Shown: piece by piece, positions 30,349-38,945 of the stretch | Position numbering within the stretch: position 1 is the first letter of the stretch | Layout: each line of letters opens with the position of its first letter | Source of the DNA: Gammaproteobacteria bacterium | GTDB lineage: Bacteria > Pseudomonadota > Gammaproteobacteria > Pseudomonadales > CAMLJR01 | Direction of reading: 5' to 3' | Length of the DNA stretch: 64,000 bases | Assembly: GCA_029265075.1 (NCBI GenBank) | Contig: JAJUJZ010000002.1 | Span: forward strand, 207 to 64,206 | Notes under the pieces: generated by a model | Told to the model about the DNA's origin: nothing | Databases searched by the model: none | The model's input: the letters and a program-made list of their open reading frames with translations, nothing else | Program-made: the position numbers and the translations under genes

Positions 30349-30364
30349 CTGTACAGACAAACAG
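30349..30364. promoter_or_regulatory. SOS (LexA) box 2
   Basis: CTGTACAGACAAACAG fits CTGT-N8-ACAG, 10 nt upstream of the lexA ATG. Tandem boxes are typical of lexA autoregulation. Confidence 0.8.
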
Positions 30365-30373
30365 GTTGGAGCC

Positions 30374-30976
30374 ATGACCCTTACCGCGCGCCAGCAGGAA
30401 GTGCTTGAACTCATCCGCCGCTACATCGATGAAACCGGTTATCCACCGACCCGGGCCGATATCGCCCGTGAACTGGGCTTCCGCTCTGCCAATGCCGCCG
30501 AGGAACACCTCAAGGCCCTGGCACGAAAGGGAGCAATCGAGATCATCGCCGGCGCCTCTCGCGGCATTCGTCTGGCGGAGAAACACACCGGTATTCCGGT
30601 GGTAGGCCGGGTCGCAGCCGGCAGCCCGATCCTCGCCGAAGAGCATATTGAGGAGTACTGCGACGTCAGCGCCTCGTTCTTCCAGCCACGCGCGGATTAC
30701 TTTCTGCGGGTGAAGGGCGACAGCATGATCGAAGCTGGCATCTTCGAAGATGACCTGCTGGCAGTGCATCGCACCAGCGACGTCAGCAATGGCCAGATCG
30801 TGGTGGCGCGCATTGATGATGAAGTAACCGTCAAGCGGTTCCAGCGTGGCCGCAACAAACATCAGCTGCTGCTGCTGCCGGAAAATCGCGACTATGAGCC
30901 GATCGAGGTGGATCTGCGGGAGCGCAGCTGCACCATCGAAGGACTGAGCGTGGGAATTCTGCGTCGGGGAGTTTGA
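30374..30976 (+). CDS. lexA: LexA repressor
   Basis: ATG at 30374 after [61 protein letters not shown], cleavage-site region VAAG, and S24 peptidase motifs GDSMIEAGI and VTVKRF. Confidence 0.97.
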   Translation: MTLTARQQEVLELIRRYIDETGYPPTRADIARELGFRSANAAEEHLKALARKGAIEIIAGASRGIRLAEKHTGIPVVGRVAAGSPILAEEHIEEYCDVSASFFQPRADYFLRVKGDSMIEAGIFEDDLLAVHRTSDVSNGQIVVARIDDEVTVKRFQRGRNKHQLLLLPENRDYEPIEVDLRERSCTIEGLSVGILRRGV

Positions 30977-30978
30977 GG

Positions 30979-31401
30979 ATGGAAAACGCACTGCAGAACA
31001 GTTTCGACTTCGATAACGAAAACGCCGCTGACACGCGGGCTGAACGTCGAATCATGGAGTTCGTCTGCGCTGACGATCGACGCCAGCAGCTGCCGCTTCT
31101 GCTGTCGCTGATGGGCCATCTCAGCCGCACTGACGACAGTCGCTGGCTCACCTGTATCGGCCCCGCCTTCTTTTCGAAGAACGACTGTCTGGGCTATCAG
31201 GTGCACTGGCAGCGGCTGCTGCAGGTTATCCCAAGGTCGCATGAAAGCAACGTCGAACTGGCCGAGCGGGCGCTGGCGGCCGGTCGCAGTCACACCGTCG
31301 TGTGGCTGATGGCCAGCGCGCCGAACGAACAGACGCTGCGGCGGCTGGAAAAAGCGGCCGCACTGGGCGATTGTCAGGGACTGATCATCCACGGCCGCTG
31401 A
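30979..31401 (+). CDS. sulA: SOS cell-division inhibitor SulA-like
   Basis: 140 aa starting 3 nt after lexA (the lexA-sulA operon as in pseudomonads). LPLLLSLMGHLS...RWLTCIGP...LLQVIP...ALAAGRSHTVVWL resembles SulA. Confidence 0.7.
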   Translation: MENALQNSFDFDNENAADTRAERRIMEFVCADDRRQQLPLLLSLMGHLSRTDDSRWLTCIGPAFFSKNDCLGYQVHWQRLLQVIPRSHESNVELAERALAAGRSHTVVWLMASAPNEQTLRRLEKAAALGDCQGLIIHGR

Positions 31402-31421
31402 GAGCGGCCATTTCACTGCTC

Positions 31422-31817
31422 TCAGAGCAGGATCGCGCCCCACACGGCGGCAATCAGTATCAGCGCCAGCATCTGGGCGGCGCTCCCCATATCCTTAGCC
31501 TGACCGGACAGCGGATGCTCCTCCAGCGAGATGCGATCGACCGCGGCTTCCAGCGCGGAGTTGAGCAGCTCCACAATCAGCGCGAGCAACACCACGGCGA
31601 CCAGCAACGCCCGTTCGGCGCGACTCACTTCCAGCACCATTGCGAGCGGCAGCAGCACCACACTCAGCAGCAGCAATTGTCGGAAGGCAGCTTCGCTCTG
31701 CACCGCAGCACGCAGCCCTGCCAGCGAGTTGCGAGTTGCGAACAGCAGCCGTCCAGCCCCGCCGCGTCGCTTGTACAGCGAGCGCTGTGACGATGTAGCG
31801 GTGTGGTTGTCTCCCAT
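31422..31817 (-). CDS. dgkA: Diacylglycerol kinase
   Basis: ATG at 31817. RLLFATRNSLAGLRAAVQSEAAFRQLLLLSVVLLPLA...VELLNSALEAAVDRIS...AKDMGSAAQ are DgkA hallmarks. Confidence 0.88.
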   Translation of the reverse strand: MGDNHTATSSQRSLYKRRGGAGRLLFATRNSLAGLRAAVQSEAAFRQLLLLSVVLLPLAMVLEVSRAERALLVAVVLLALIVELLNSALEAAVDRISLEEHPLSGQAKDMGSAAQMLALILIAAVWGAILL

Positions 31818-31985
31818 TACCTGCCCCGACCTGTCCGACTGTTCCGGCGATGGTGCCCGCTCGCCGACAGCAGCGCAAATGACAGGGATGTGACACGGCT
31901 GCGGCATCCCGTTATCGGAACTTCATCCGCTGCTGACCGACTCACCACAGACTATCGGAGATCAGGCAGAGGGAGTTTCTGGCGC

Positions 31986-33125
31986 ATGCCTTTCGAGCAA
32001 TATCTGCAGAGCGATTCGGTCTGGGTAAGTGTCACCATCTGCGCGACCATCACCGTCGTGGGGTTCGTGGTGCTCCGCACTCTGATCGGAGTGATTGCTG
32101 GTCGACTGCGACGCTGGAGTGGTCACGCCACCTCGCACTTCTATCGCATCGCTGTCGAAATGCTCAGTCGCACCAGCAACCTGCTGCTAGCCTTCGCGCT
32201 GCTGATTGGGCTGAAAGTCGTCGATCTGCCGCCGCGCTGGGAGGATGCATTGCGGCACGGCTGGTTTATCGTGCTCGCCCTTCAGGTTGCCATGTGGCTG
32301 GATGGCGGCGTGCGATTGTGGATGAGCAGCCTGCTCGACGATCCTGCGAAAGTCCGGAACCCGGTCACCACCACCATCATTGGCATCATGATCCGCATCG
32401 TGATCTGGACCATGATGTTGCTGTCGATCCTCGCCAATCTTGGGGTGGATATTACCGCCCTGGTGGCGAGTCTCGGGGTCGGCGGAATCGCGGTGGCACT
32501 CGCGGTGCAGACGCTGCTCAGCGATGTGTTTGCATCGCTCTCGATCGGGGTCGACAAGCCGTTTGAGCTCGGTGATTTCGTGATTTTCGGGGATGAGCTC
32601 GGCACGATCGAGCACATTGGCCTGAAGACCACGCGTATTCGCGCTCTGAGCGGTGAACAGATTGTCTGTTCCAACGCCCGATTGCTGGATCAGACCATCC
32701 ACAACTACAAACGAATGGCGGAACGGCGGGTAGTATTTACCTTCGGTGTGGTGTACGACACGCCACCACAGAAATTGCGTGCTATCGGCGCACTCGTGAA
32801 AGCCATTATCAGCAGCATCGAGCAGACCCGTTTCGATCGGGCACATTTCGTTTCATTTGATGACTACCGGCTGAAATTCGAAGTGGTCTATTACGTTCTG
32901 AGTCCTGACTACAACGTTTACATGGACATTCAGCAGGAGATCAATCTCCGCATCATGGAGCGGCTGCGCGAAATCGAAGTGGCGTTCGCCCTGCCGATGC
33001 GTCATGTCTGGATGCGCGGCGAACTCGCCACCACCACCCGCGAGGCGGTGGACGATCAGCCCCCCACGCTGCACGTCCCATTTCGCAATGAACTGCCGGA
33101 CGACGATAACGGAGGAAAGGGCTGA
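31986..33125 (+). CDS. Mechanosensitive ion channel family protein (MscS-like)
   Basis: ATG at 31986 (MPFEQYLQSDSVWV...). Several N-terminal TMs, the pore-helix region GVGGIAVALAVQTLLSDVFASL, then the beta domain ELGDFVIFGDELGTIEHIGLKTTRIRALSGEQIVCSN. Confidence 0.88.
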   Translation: MPFEQYLQSDSVWVSVTICATITVVGFVVLRTLIGVIAGRLRRWSGHATSHFYRIAVEMLSRTSNLLLAFALLIGLKVVDLPPRWEDALRHGWFIVLALQVAMWLDGGVRLWMSSLLDDPAKVRNPVTTTIIGIMIRIVIWTMMLLSILANLGVDITALVASLGVGGIAVALAVQTLLSDVFASLSIGVDKPFELGDFVIFGDELGTIEHIGLKTTRIRALSGEQIVCSNARLLDQTIHNYKRMAERRVVFTFGVVYDTPPQKLRAIGALVKAIISSIEQTRFDRAHFVSFDDYRLKFEVVYYVLSPDYNVYMDIQQEINLRIMERLREIEVAFALPMRHVWMRGELATTTREAVDDQPPTLHVPFRNELPDDDNGGKG

Positions 33126-33194
33126 GGCGGGAGCCGGCCCTGCAGACACGCGACGCAAGCATCGGGGCTGATGCGCTGGCCCCGTGTCAGCAGG

Positions 33195-33485
33195 TTAACC
33201 AGCCTGACTGATCAGTTCGAGCGCCTGATCAACCGCGAAATCAATGCCCACTGCTGTGACCTGACAGGTCGCGTCGCCCAGTGGAATCTGCAGTAGAATC
33301 TCAAGCCAGTGATAGTGGTTGTCGACTGCCCGCCGCCGGCAGCTGCCACGCAGCGCCCGGTAGCGATACGTGCCGGCCAGCAAAGCTGCATATTCGTCGT
33401 GAGAGAGTTCCACTTTGGTATCGCCAGACACATCGGCCTCAAGAGGCAGAACATTGCAGTCACGGAGCGCTGGAAACCGGATCAA
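33195..33485 (-). CDS. Hypothetical small protein (very tentative)
   Basis: This is the 3' part of track ORF 33195-33857, whose 5' part overlaps ycjX and cannot all be real. Only non-ATG starts are available (TTG 33485 or GTG 33431). Third-position GC is visibly lower than in neighbouring genes. I recognise no family. Confidence 0.25.
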   Translation of the reverse strand: MIRFPALRDCNVLPLEADVSGDTKVELSHDEYAALLAGTYRYRALRGSCRRRAVDNHYHWLEILLQIPLGDATCQVTAVGIDFAVDQALELISQAG

Positions 33486-33530
33486 TGAGTACCATCCGCC
33501 CAGAACCTGTGTCTGCTCGAGGTGTGGCTG

Positions 33531-34916
33531 ATGGGTATCAGACGCGAGCTGGGGGCGGCTGTTCAGCGCACCCTCGACCGCCATCTGCGTATCGGCGTCA
33601 CCGGGCTGGCCAGGGCAGGCAAGACTGCCTTCATCACATCGCTGGTCAATCAGCTGCACCATGTCGGCGGTCACCTCGAATTTTTCCGTGCCGCGCGTGA
33701 CGGCCGTGTACTGGGCGCGCGCCGGCTGCCACAGACGCGTCTGCAGATTCCCGCTTTTCCTTATGAAGATGCGCTGGAAGCGCTGTATGCTGACGCGCCA
33801 CACTGGCCGGAGCCGACGCGGGGTGTCAGCGAGATGCGACTGGCAATTCGCTTCCATCCGCGGCGCTCACCGCTGCGTTATCTGGGCGACGTGGCAACGC
33901 TCTATCTCGATATCGTTGACTATCCCGGTGAATGGCTGCTCGATCTGCCGCTGCTGTCACTCTCCTACAGCGAATGGTCGCAGCGCGCGCGCCAGTGGTA
34001 CGACGCCGAGCGCCGGGAACTGGCGGCTGGGTGGCTGCAGGAGCTGGAGGGCTTCGACTGGCTGGCACCGGCATCGGACCTGCAGCTGGGGCGTCTGGCA
34101 GACCGCTACACAGCCAGTCTCTATGCCGCGCGGGAACGCGGACTCTCCTATATCCAGCCGGGCCGCTTCGTGATGCCCGGTGAGCTGGCGGGAGCGCCGG
34201 TGCTGCAGTTCTTCCCGGCGCTTACGCTGAACGATGCCGCGTTGGCGCGAATGGCAGATGCGCCGGCCAACTCTGCGTTCCGTACGCTCGAGCGGCGCTT
34301 CGATTACTACCGGCGCCATGTGGCCCGCGCCTTCTACCGCGACCATTTCGCCCGTCTCGACCGCCAGATCGTGCTGGTCGACTGTCTGACGCCGCTCAAT
34401 CACGGTGCGGCTGCGGTACGCGACGCGCAGCTCACGCTGACAGAGATTATGCGCAACTTCCGCTACGGCCAGCGCGACCTGCTGCGCCGGCTGTTCGCGC
34501 CGCGTATCGACCGGTTGCTGTTTGCGGCCACCAAGGCCGATCACATCACCGCCGACCAGCAGCCCAACCTCACCGCGCTGCTCACCGACCTGATGGGGGA
34601 AGCTGACCGGCTGCCACGCTTCGAGTCGGTACCGGTCGAGACGCTCTGTATCGCTTCCGTCCGTGCCAGCGAGCAGGTACAGGTCAGCACTGGCGGCAGT
34701 TACCACCCGGCGCTGCGCGGGGTTTTGCTGAACGGTCAAACAGCGACTTTTTACCCGGGCGATGTGCCCTCCCGGGTGCCGGATGCGACGCTCTGGGAGC
34801 AGCACCGGTTCGACTTCCAGCGGTTGCGTCCGCCGCGCATTCCACCCCGTACCCCCCTGCCCCACCTGCGCATGGATGTGGTGCTCGAGCACCTGCTGGG
34901 AGACAAATTACGATGA
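33531..34916 (+). CDS. ycjX: YcjX-family P-loop NTPase
   Basis: MGIRRELGAAVQRTLDRHLRIGVTGLARAGKTAFITSLVNQL parallels the E. coli YcjX N-terminus as I recall it. An alternative start lies at 33522. It overlaps ycjF by 4 nt. Confidence 0.88.
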   Translation: MGIRRELGAAVQRTLDRHLRIGVTGLARAGKTAFITSLVNQLHHVGGHLEFFRAARDGRVLGARRLPQTRLQIPAFPYEDALEALYADAPHWPEPTRGVSEMRLAIRFHPRRSPLRYLGDVATLYLDIVDYPGEWLLDLPLLSLSYSEWSQRARQWYDAERRELAAGWLQELEGFDWLAPASDLQLGRLADRYTASLYAARERGLSYIQPGRFVMPGELAGAPVLQFFPALTLNDAALARMADAPANSAFRTLERRFDYYRRHVARAFYRDHFARLDRQIVLVDCLTPLNHGAAAVRDAQLTLTEIMRNFRYGQRDLLRRLFAPRIDRLLFAATKADHITADQQPNLTALLTDLMGEADRLPRFESVPVETLCIASVRASEQVQVSTGGSYHPALRGVLLNGQTATFYPGDVPSRVPDATLWEQHRFDFQRLRPPRIPPRTPLPHLRMDVVLEHLLGDKLR

Positions 34917-35965
34917 CGGACCAGCCGCCATTGCGGCCAGCACGCCGCTTCGATGACCTGCCCGAGCCGCCGGCGCCCTCCCTGACGGGACCACGCCAGT
35001 TCGATGCCAGTCAGGTCACACATGAAACCGAGGCCGCCACCGCCGTCGTGGATGCTGCACTGGCGGCGCCGCCCCGTCGCCGCGGACTGGCGCTGCTGTG
35101 CGCAGCGGTGGTGGTGCTGGCCACCGTCGAGCTCGTGCGCCACGCGGCGACCGCCGTCACCAGTGGCGCCTGGTGGTCGCTGGGCTGGCCGCTGGTGGGA
35201 CTGGCTGCGGTCGGACTTGTTGGCAGAACCCTGTGGCGCGAGCTGCGCCGGCTCCGGCATCTGCGCCGCCATGGTGATCTGCGTGATCGCGCTCTGGCGC
35301 TGCAGCGCAGCTCCGGCCAGCGCGACAGCGTGGCGCTGACGGAGGCGCTGCGGCAGGCGGCCCAGATCCCGAAAGATGACCTGCGCTGGCAGACTTTTCT
35401 GCAGGGTGATCAGCCGCATCATACTGATGCCGAACGGCTGCAGCGCTACGGCCACCATGTACTGACACCGGCGGACCGTGAGGCCCGTCAGCTGGTGACC
35501 CGTGCTGCTGCCGATGTGGCGCTGGTAGTGGCGGTCAGTCCGCTGGCGTGGGTGGACATGGCGATGATGGCATGGCGCACGGTGCGGCTGCTGGATCGTC
35601 TGGCCAGACTCTACGGACTACAGCTGGGCTATGCCGCCCGCCTGCGGCTGTTCCGGACGCTGCTGCTCAATCTGGCAATGACCGGCATGGGCGAACTGGC
35701 TTCCGATGCCGCCGCAGATCTGGTGGCACTGGGGATCGCCGGTAAAGTTTCGACCCGGCTAGCCCAGGGTCTGGCGGCTGGCCTGCTCACTGCGCGGCTG
35801 GGGCTGCAGGCCGTAGCGCTCTGCCGGCCCCTGCCATTCCCTGCCGATGAGAAGCCACGGATTGGCGAATTGCGCGCAGAGCTTCTGGAGCAGCTGCGCG
35901 CGCTGGTGGCCAGCGGTCGCGGTGGGACCGTGCCGGAGCCTGCGGAAGTGCCGCGGACTCGCTGA
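34913..35965 (+). CDS. ycjF: YcjF-family (UPF0283/DUF697) membrane protein
   Basis: 350 aa with two central TM helices (LALLCAAVVVLATVELV, WSLGWPLVGLAAVGLVG) and a conserved C-terminal domain. Translationally coupled to ycjX. Confidence 0.82.
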   Translation: MTDQPPLRPARRFDDLPEPPAPSLTGPRQFDASQVTHETEAATAVVDAALAAPPRRRGLALLCAAVVVLATVELVRHAATAVTSGAWWSLGWPLVGLAAVGLVGRTLWRELRRLRHLRRHGDLRDRALALQRSSGQRDSVALTEALRQAAQIPKDDLRWQTFLQGDQPHHTDAERLQRYGHHVLTPADREARQLVTRAAADVALVVAVSPLAWVDMAMMAWRTVRLLDRLARLYGLQLGYAARLRLFRTLLLNLAMTGMGELASDAAADLVALGIAGKVSTRLAQGLAAGLLTARLGLQAVALCRPLPFPADEKPRIGELRAELLEQLRALVASGRGGTVPEPAEVPRTR

Positions 35966-35969
35966 ACGA

Positions 35970-37727
35970 TCAGGAGTCTTCCATGCGATCGTCGAATCCG
36001 GCCTCCTGCTGCTCCGCGTCCGAGCGCGGCGCATTTTGCGGCGGGTCAGTTGGCTCGCTCTGCTCCACAGCCGGCGTTGCGGGTTTCTCTTCCAGGCCAC
36101 TCACCGGCTCCGCGGCGTGCTCTTCGGTGGTCTGAATGCCGATGTGGTAAGCCGCAAACCCCGGCATGACCACCTGATTAAGCGCCATCCCGATGACCCG
36201 GCCAGCCAGCGGTGAACGAAGTTCCGCGCGCGCGTTGGTGATCGGGTCGGTTACCGTCCCCAGCAGCTGATCTGCCTTGACCCGATCGCCCAGCTTCACC
36301 CGGCTGAACAGAATCCCGCCATTGTTGGCGCGCACCCAGAACGATTTGTAGTAGACCGGTTCGCGCTGCCGCCAGCGGCTCATGGTGCCGTGCATGCCCA
36401 TGCCACTCAGCAGTGACTGGATGCTGCGCACGCCGTGGGCCACCTCCTCTTCATTCAGCCGCATCGGTTCGCCCGCTTCCAGGGTCACCGCCGGAATACC
36501 ATGCTCCACCGCTGCGCGCCGGAGCGTGCCCAGGCTGCCCTGGGACTGGAGCACCAGAATATCGCCCATGTGGCGCGCCAGTTCCGCCACCCCCGGATGG
36601 TTCATGTCCGCCCGCACCTGCGGCAGGTTGGTGCGATGGAAGGAGCCCGTATGCAGGTCGACCAGCGCATTGCAGTGCCTGATCACCTCATCGAAAAACG
36701 AATGTGCCACCCGCTCCGCGAGACTGCCCTGGCTATTGCCGGGGAAATAGCGGTTGAGGTCGCGCCGGTCCGGCAGGTAGCGGGAATTGCGCCGGAACCC
36801 TTGCAGGTTGACGATCGGCACCCCCACCACTGTGCCGTTGAGCTTTTGCGGATTGATTCCGAACATCACCCGACGCACGATCTCGATACCGGTCAGCTCA
36901 TCACCGTGCACCGCAGCCGTGAGGCAGAGTGTGGGGCCCGCGCTGGCGCCATGTACCACGAGTACCGGTGTCGGTGCCGAGATACCGGAAAACGTTTCCG
37001 AGGGCGACCAGGCCAGCCGGGTCGAGGTGCCGCGCGGCACTTCCGCCCCCAGCAACCGCAGAGTCTGCCGGTTACTCTCTGCCTCATCCTCACCGGTCTG
37101 GTCCGCGGCTGGCTTACCGGACGCCGTGTCACTGTCAGCGCTGTCTGCTGACGTGCTCTCCGGGGCCGCCTCGCCCGCCTCAGCATCGCTGCCGGCTGCT
37201 GCGGTTCGCTGGTCGCTCTCGTCCTCAGTAACGGCGTTATCGGTTTCTGTGAGACGGGTTACGGAAGTGTCGGGACGCGACACCTCGGCAGCTGAAACGA
37301 CTGCTGCTTCAGCCCTGTGCGTTGCAGGCTGCTCTGAGGCTGCCGTTTCTGCCTCTTCAGCCTGAGGTTGGGCTGTCTGGTGTTCGGGGCGGGTGCTGTC
37401 CTGCTCACTGACAGGCGTGGCAGGCTCCCCGGGCATGGCCTGAGCTGCATCGGCCGCCTCTTCCGGCGGTGCAGGATCACGTTCTGCAGCGGTCGGAGCC
37501 TCCAGTACCTCCGCAGCTCCACTGTTGTCGGTCGCCGCAGTCGCTGACGACTCAGTCTGACCAGGGTCGTCGGGCACATCGGCAGCGGGCACAGAAGTCT
37601 CTGGCGCGGACTCCGAGAGCGGCGCGACCAATTCCTCTGAGGCAATGTCAGCACCGAACGCAGCGGGACCGGCCAGCAAGACAAGCGGTAACAGGACAAC
37701 ACGTAACAGGGACACGATGAATCGCAT
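35970..37727 (-). CDS. Secreted succinylglutamate desuccinylase/aspartoacylase (AstE/AspA, M14-like) family protein with acidic disordered extensions
   Basis: Signal peptide MRFIVSLLRVVLLPLVLLAGPAAFGA. About 220 aa of E/D/A/T/S/P-rich sequence follow. The catalytic core is VLVVHGASAGPTLCLTAAVHGDELTGIEIV...RDLNRYFPG...DLHTGS. Then come a beta-barrel C-domain and an approximately 60-aa acidic tail. Confidence 0.8.
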   Translation of the reverse strand: MRFIVSLLRVVLLPLVLLAGPAAFGADIASEELVAPLSESAPETSVPAADVPDDPGQTESSATAATDNSGAAEVLEAPTAAERDPAPPEEAADAAQAMPGEPATPVSEQDSTRPEHQTAQPQAEEAETAASEQPATHRAEAAVVSAAEVSRPDTSVTRLTETDNAVTEDESDQRTAAAGSDAEAGEAAPESTSADSADSDTASGKPAADQTGEDEAESNRQTLRLLGAEVPRGTSTRLAWSPSETFSGISAPTPVLVVHGASAGPTLCLTAAVHGDELTGIEIVRRVMFGINPQKLNGTVVGVPIVNLQGFRRNSRYLPDRRDLNRYFPGNSQGSLAERVAHSFFDEVIRHCNALVDLHTGSFHRTNLPQVRADMNHPGVAELARHMGDILVLQSQGSLGTLRRAAVEHGIPAVTLEAGEPMRLNEEEVAHGVRSIQSLLSGMGMHGTMSRWRQREPVYYKSFWVRANNGGILFSRVKLGDRVKADQLLGTVTDPITNARAELRSPLAGRVIGMALNQVVMPGFAAYHIGIQTTEEHAAEPVSGLEEKPATPAVEQSEPTDPPQNAPRSDAEQQEAGFDDRMEDS

Positions 37728-37870
37728 GATGCTCCGTCAATAAAACTCGGGGCCTGAAGAAGGGGACCATTCTACGTGGCACCGGGTCATCAGTCAGGTG
37801 GCCATCGCTACAGCCACCGCGACGGCACTGCTAAGATGCAGCTCTCCCTGAATCCGTGATGGAGCGCGCC

Positions 37871-38773
37871 ATGCGTTTCACTCTGCGACAGATCGAAGTG
37901 TTTCTCGAGGTCGCCCGCACCGAAAATATCAGTCGTGCCGCCGAGGCGCTGGCGATGTCACAATCAGCGGCCAGCAGTGCCCTTGGGGATCTCGAGCGCC
38001 ACTTCGATGTGCAGCTGTTCGACCGCATTGGCAAGCGGCTGCAGCTCAACGAGCTCGGTCGCATGCTGTGGCCGAGGGCACAGCTGCTGCTGGAGCAGGC
38101 CCATGATCTGGAACTGGCGCTGCGTCAGCATCGCGAGGTGGGCGAGGTGAAGATCGGTGCCACTCTGACCATCGGCAATTACGTGGCCGTCGACCTGATG
38201 GCAACCTTCATGAATCAGGAGCCGGGCGCCCGCGTCACGCTGGATGTCGGCAACACCGAAACAATCGCCGATAAGGTCGCCCATTTCGAACTCGATCTCG
38301 GCCTGCTGGAGGGCGAAGTGCGTCATCCCGATCTGGAGATGACACCCTGGCGGGATGATGAACTGGTGGTGTTCTGTGCCCCCGACCACCCGCTTGCGAA
38401 CAAAGGCGTACTGACCGACGAGGATCTCACCAGCGCCACCTGGGTGCTGCGCGAACACGGGTCCGGTACCCGCCAGACCTTCGACCGGGCGCTGCATGGG
38501 CTGCATCACCGGCTCAATGTCCTGCTGGAGCTCCAGCACACTGAAGCAATCAAACGCACTGTCGAAGCGGGGCTCGGCATCAGCTGTCTGTCGCGGGTGA
38601 CCGTGGAGGATGCGTTCAGGCGTGGCACGCTGGTGCCCTTGTCGGTTCCTCACCGCAACTTCCGGCGGCAATTTTATTTTGTGCTGCACCGGCATAAATT
38701 CCGCACGGCCGGGATCCAGCGCTGGCTCGACCTCTGCCGTGAAAGTGCGGCGCAGGATACCGCCGTGCGCTGA
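37871..38773 (+). CDS. LysR-family transcriptional regulator
   Basis: MRFTLRQIEVFLEVARTENISRAAEALAMSQSAASSALGDLE is the HTH, followed by a LysR substrate-binding domain. It is divergent from the AstE-like gene and upstream of gspD copy 1. Confidence 0.92.
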   Translation: MRFTLRQIEVFLEVARTENISRAAEALAMSQSAASSALGDLERHFDVQLFDRIGKRLQLNELGRMLWPRAQLLLEQAHDLELALRQHREVGEVKIGATLTIGNYVAVDLMATFMNQEPGARVTLDVGNTETIADKVAHFELDLGLLEGEVRHPDLEMTPWRDDELVVFCAPDHPLANKGVLTDEDLTSATWVLREHGSGTRQTFDRALHGLHHRLNVLLELQHTEAIKRTVEAGLGISCLSRVTVEDAFRRGTLVPLSVPHRNFRRQFYFVLHRHKFRTAGIQRWLDLCRESAAQDTAVR

Positions 38774-38945
38774 GCAGTGCGCACGGCAGTCTGGAACAAT
38801 TTACGCTAAGCTTCGGTCGCTAAAAATAAACCCAGGTGGAACGGGCGCGCAGAAAACGCGGCGCGCACACTGACAGGAACGCACAACCATTACCCTCCTC
38901 GCCGCCCATGCCCGGTTCGGAAAGCCGACGTGTCCACTGGCCGCG

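Noticed and set aside
33195-33857. The full 220-aa minus-strand ORF overlapping the 5' third of ycjX.
   Set aside because: Its ATG-initiated portion overlaps the well-supported YcjX P-loop region on the other strand. Only the non-overlapping 3' part was kept, as a very low-confidence small ORF.
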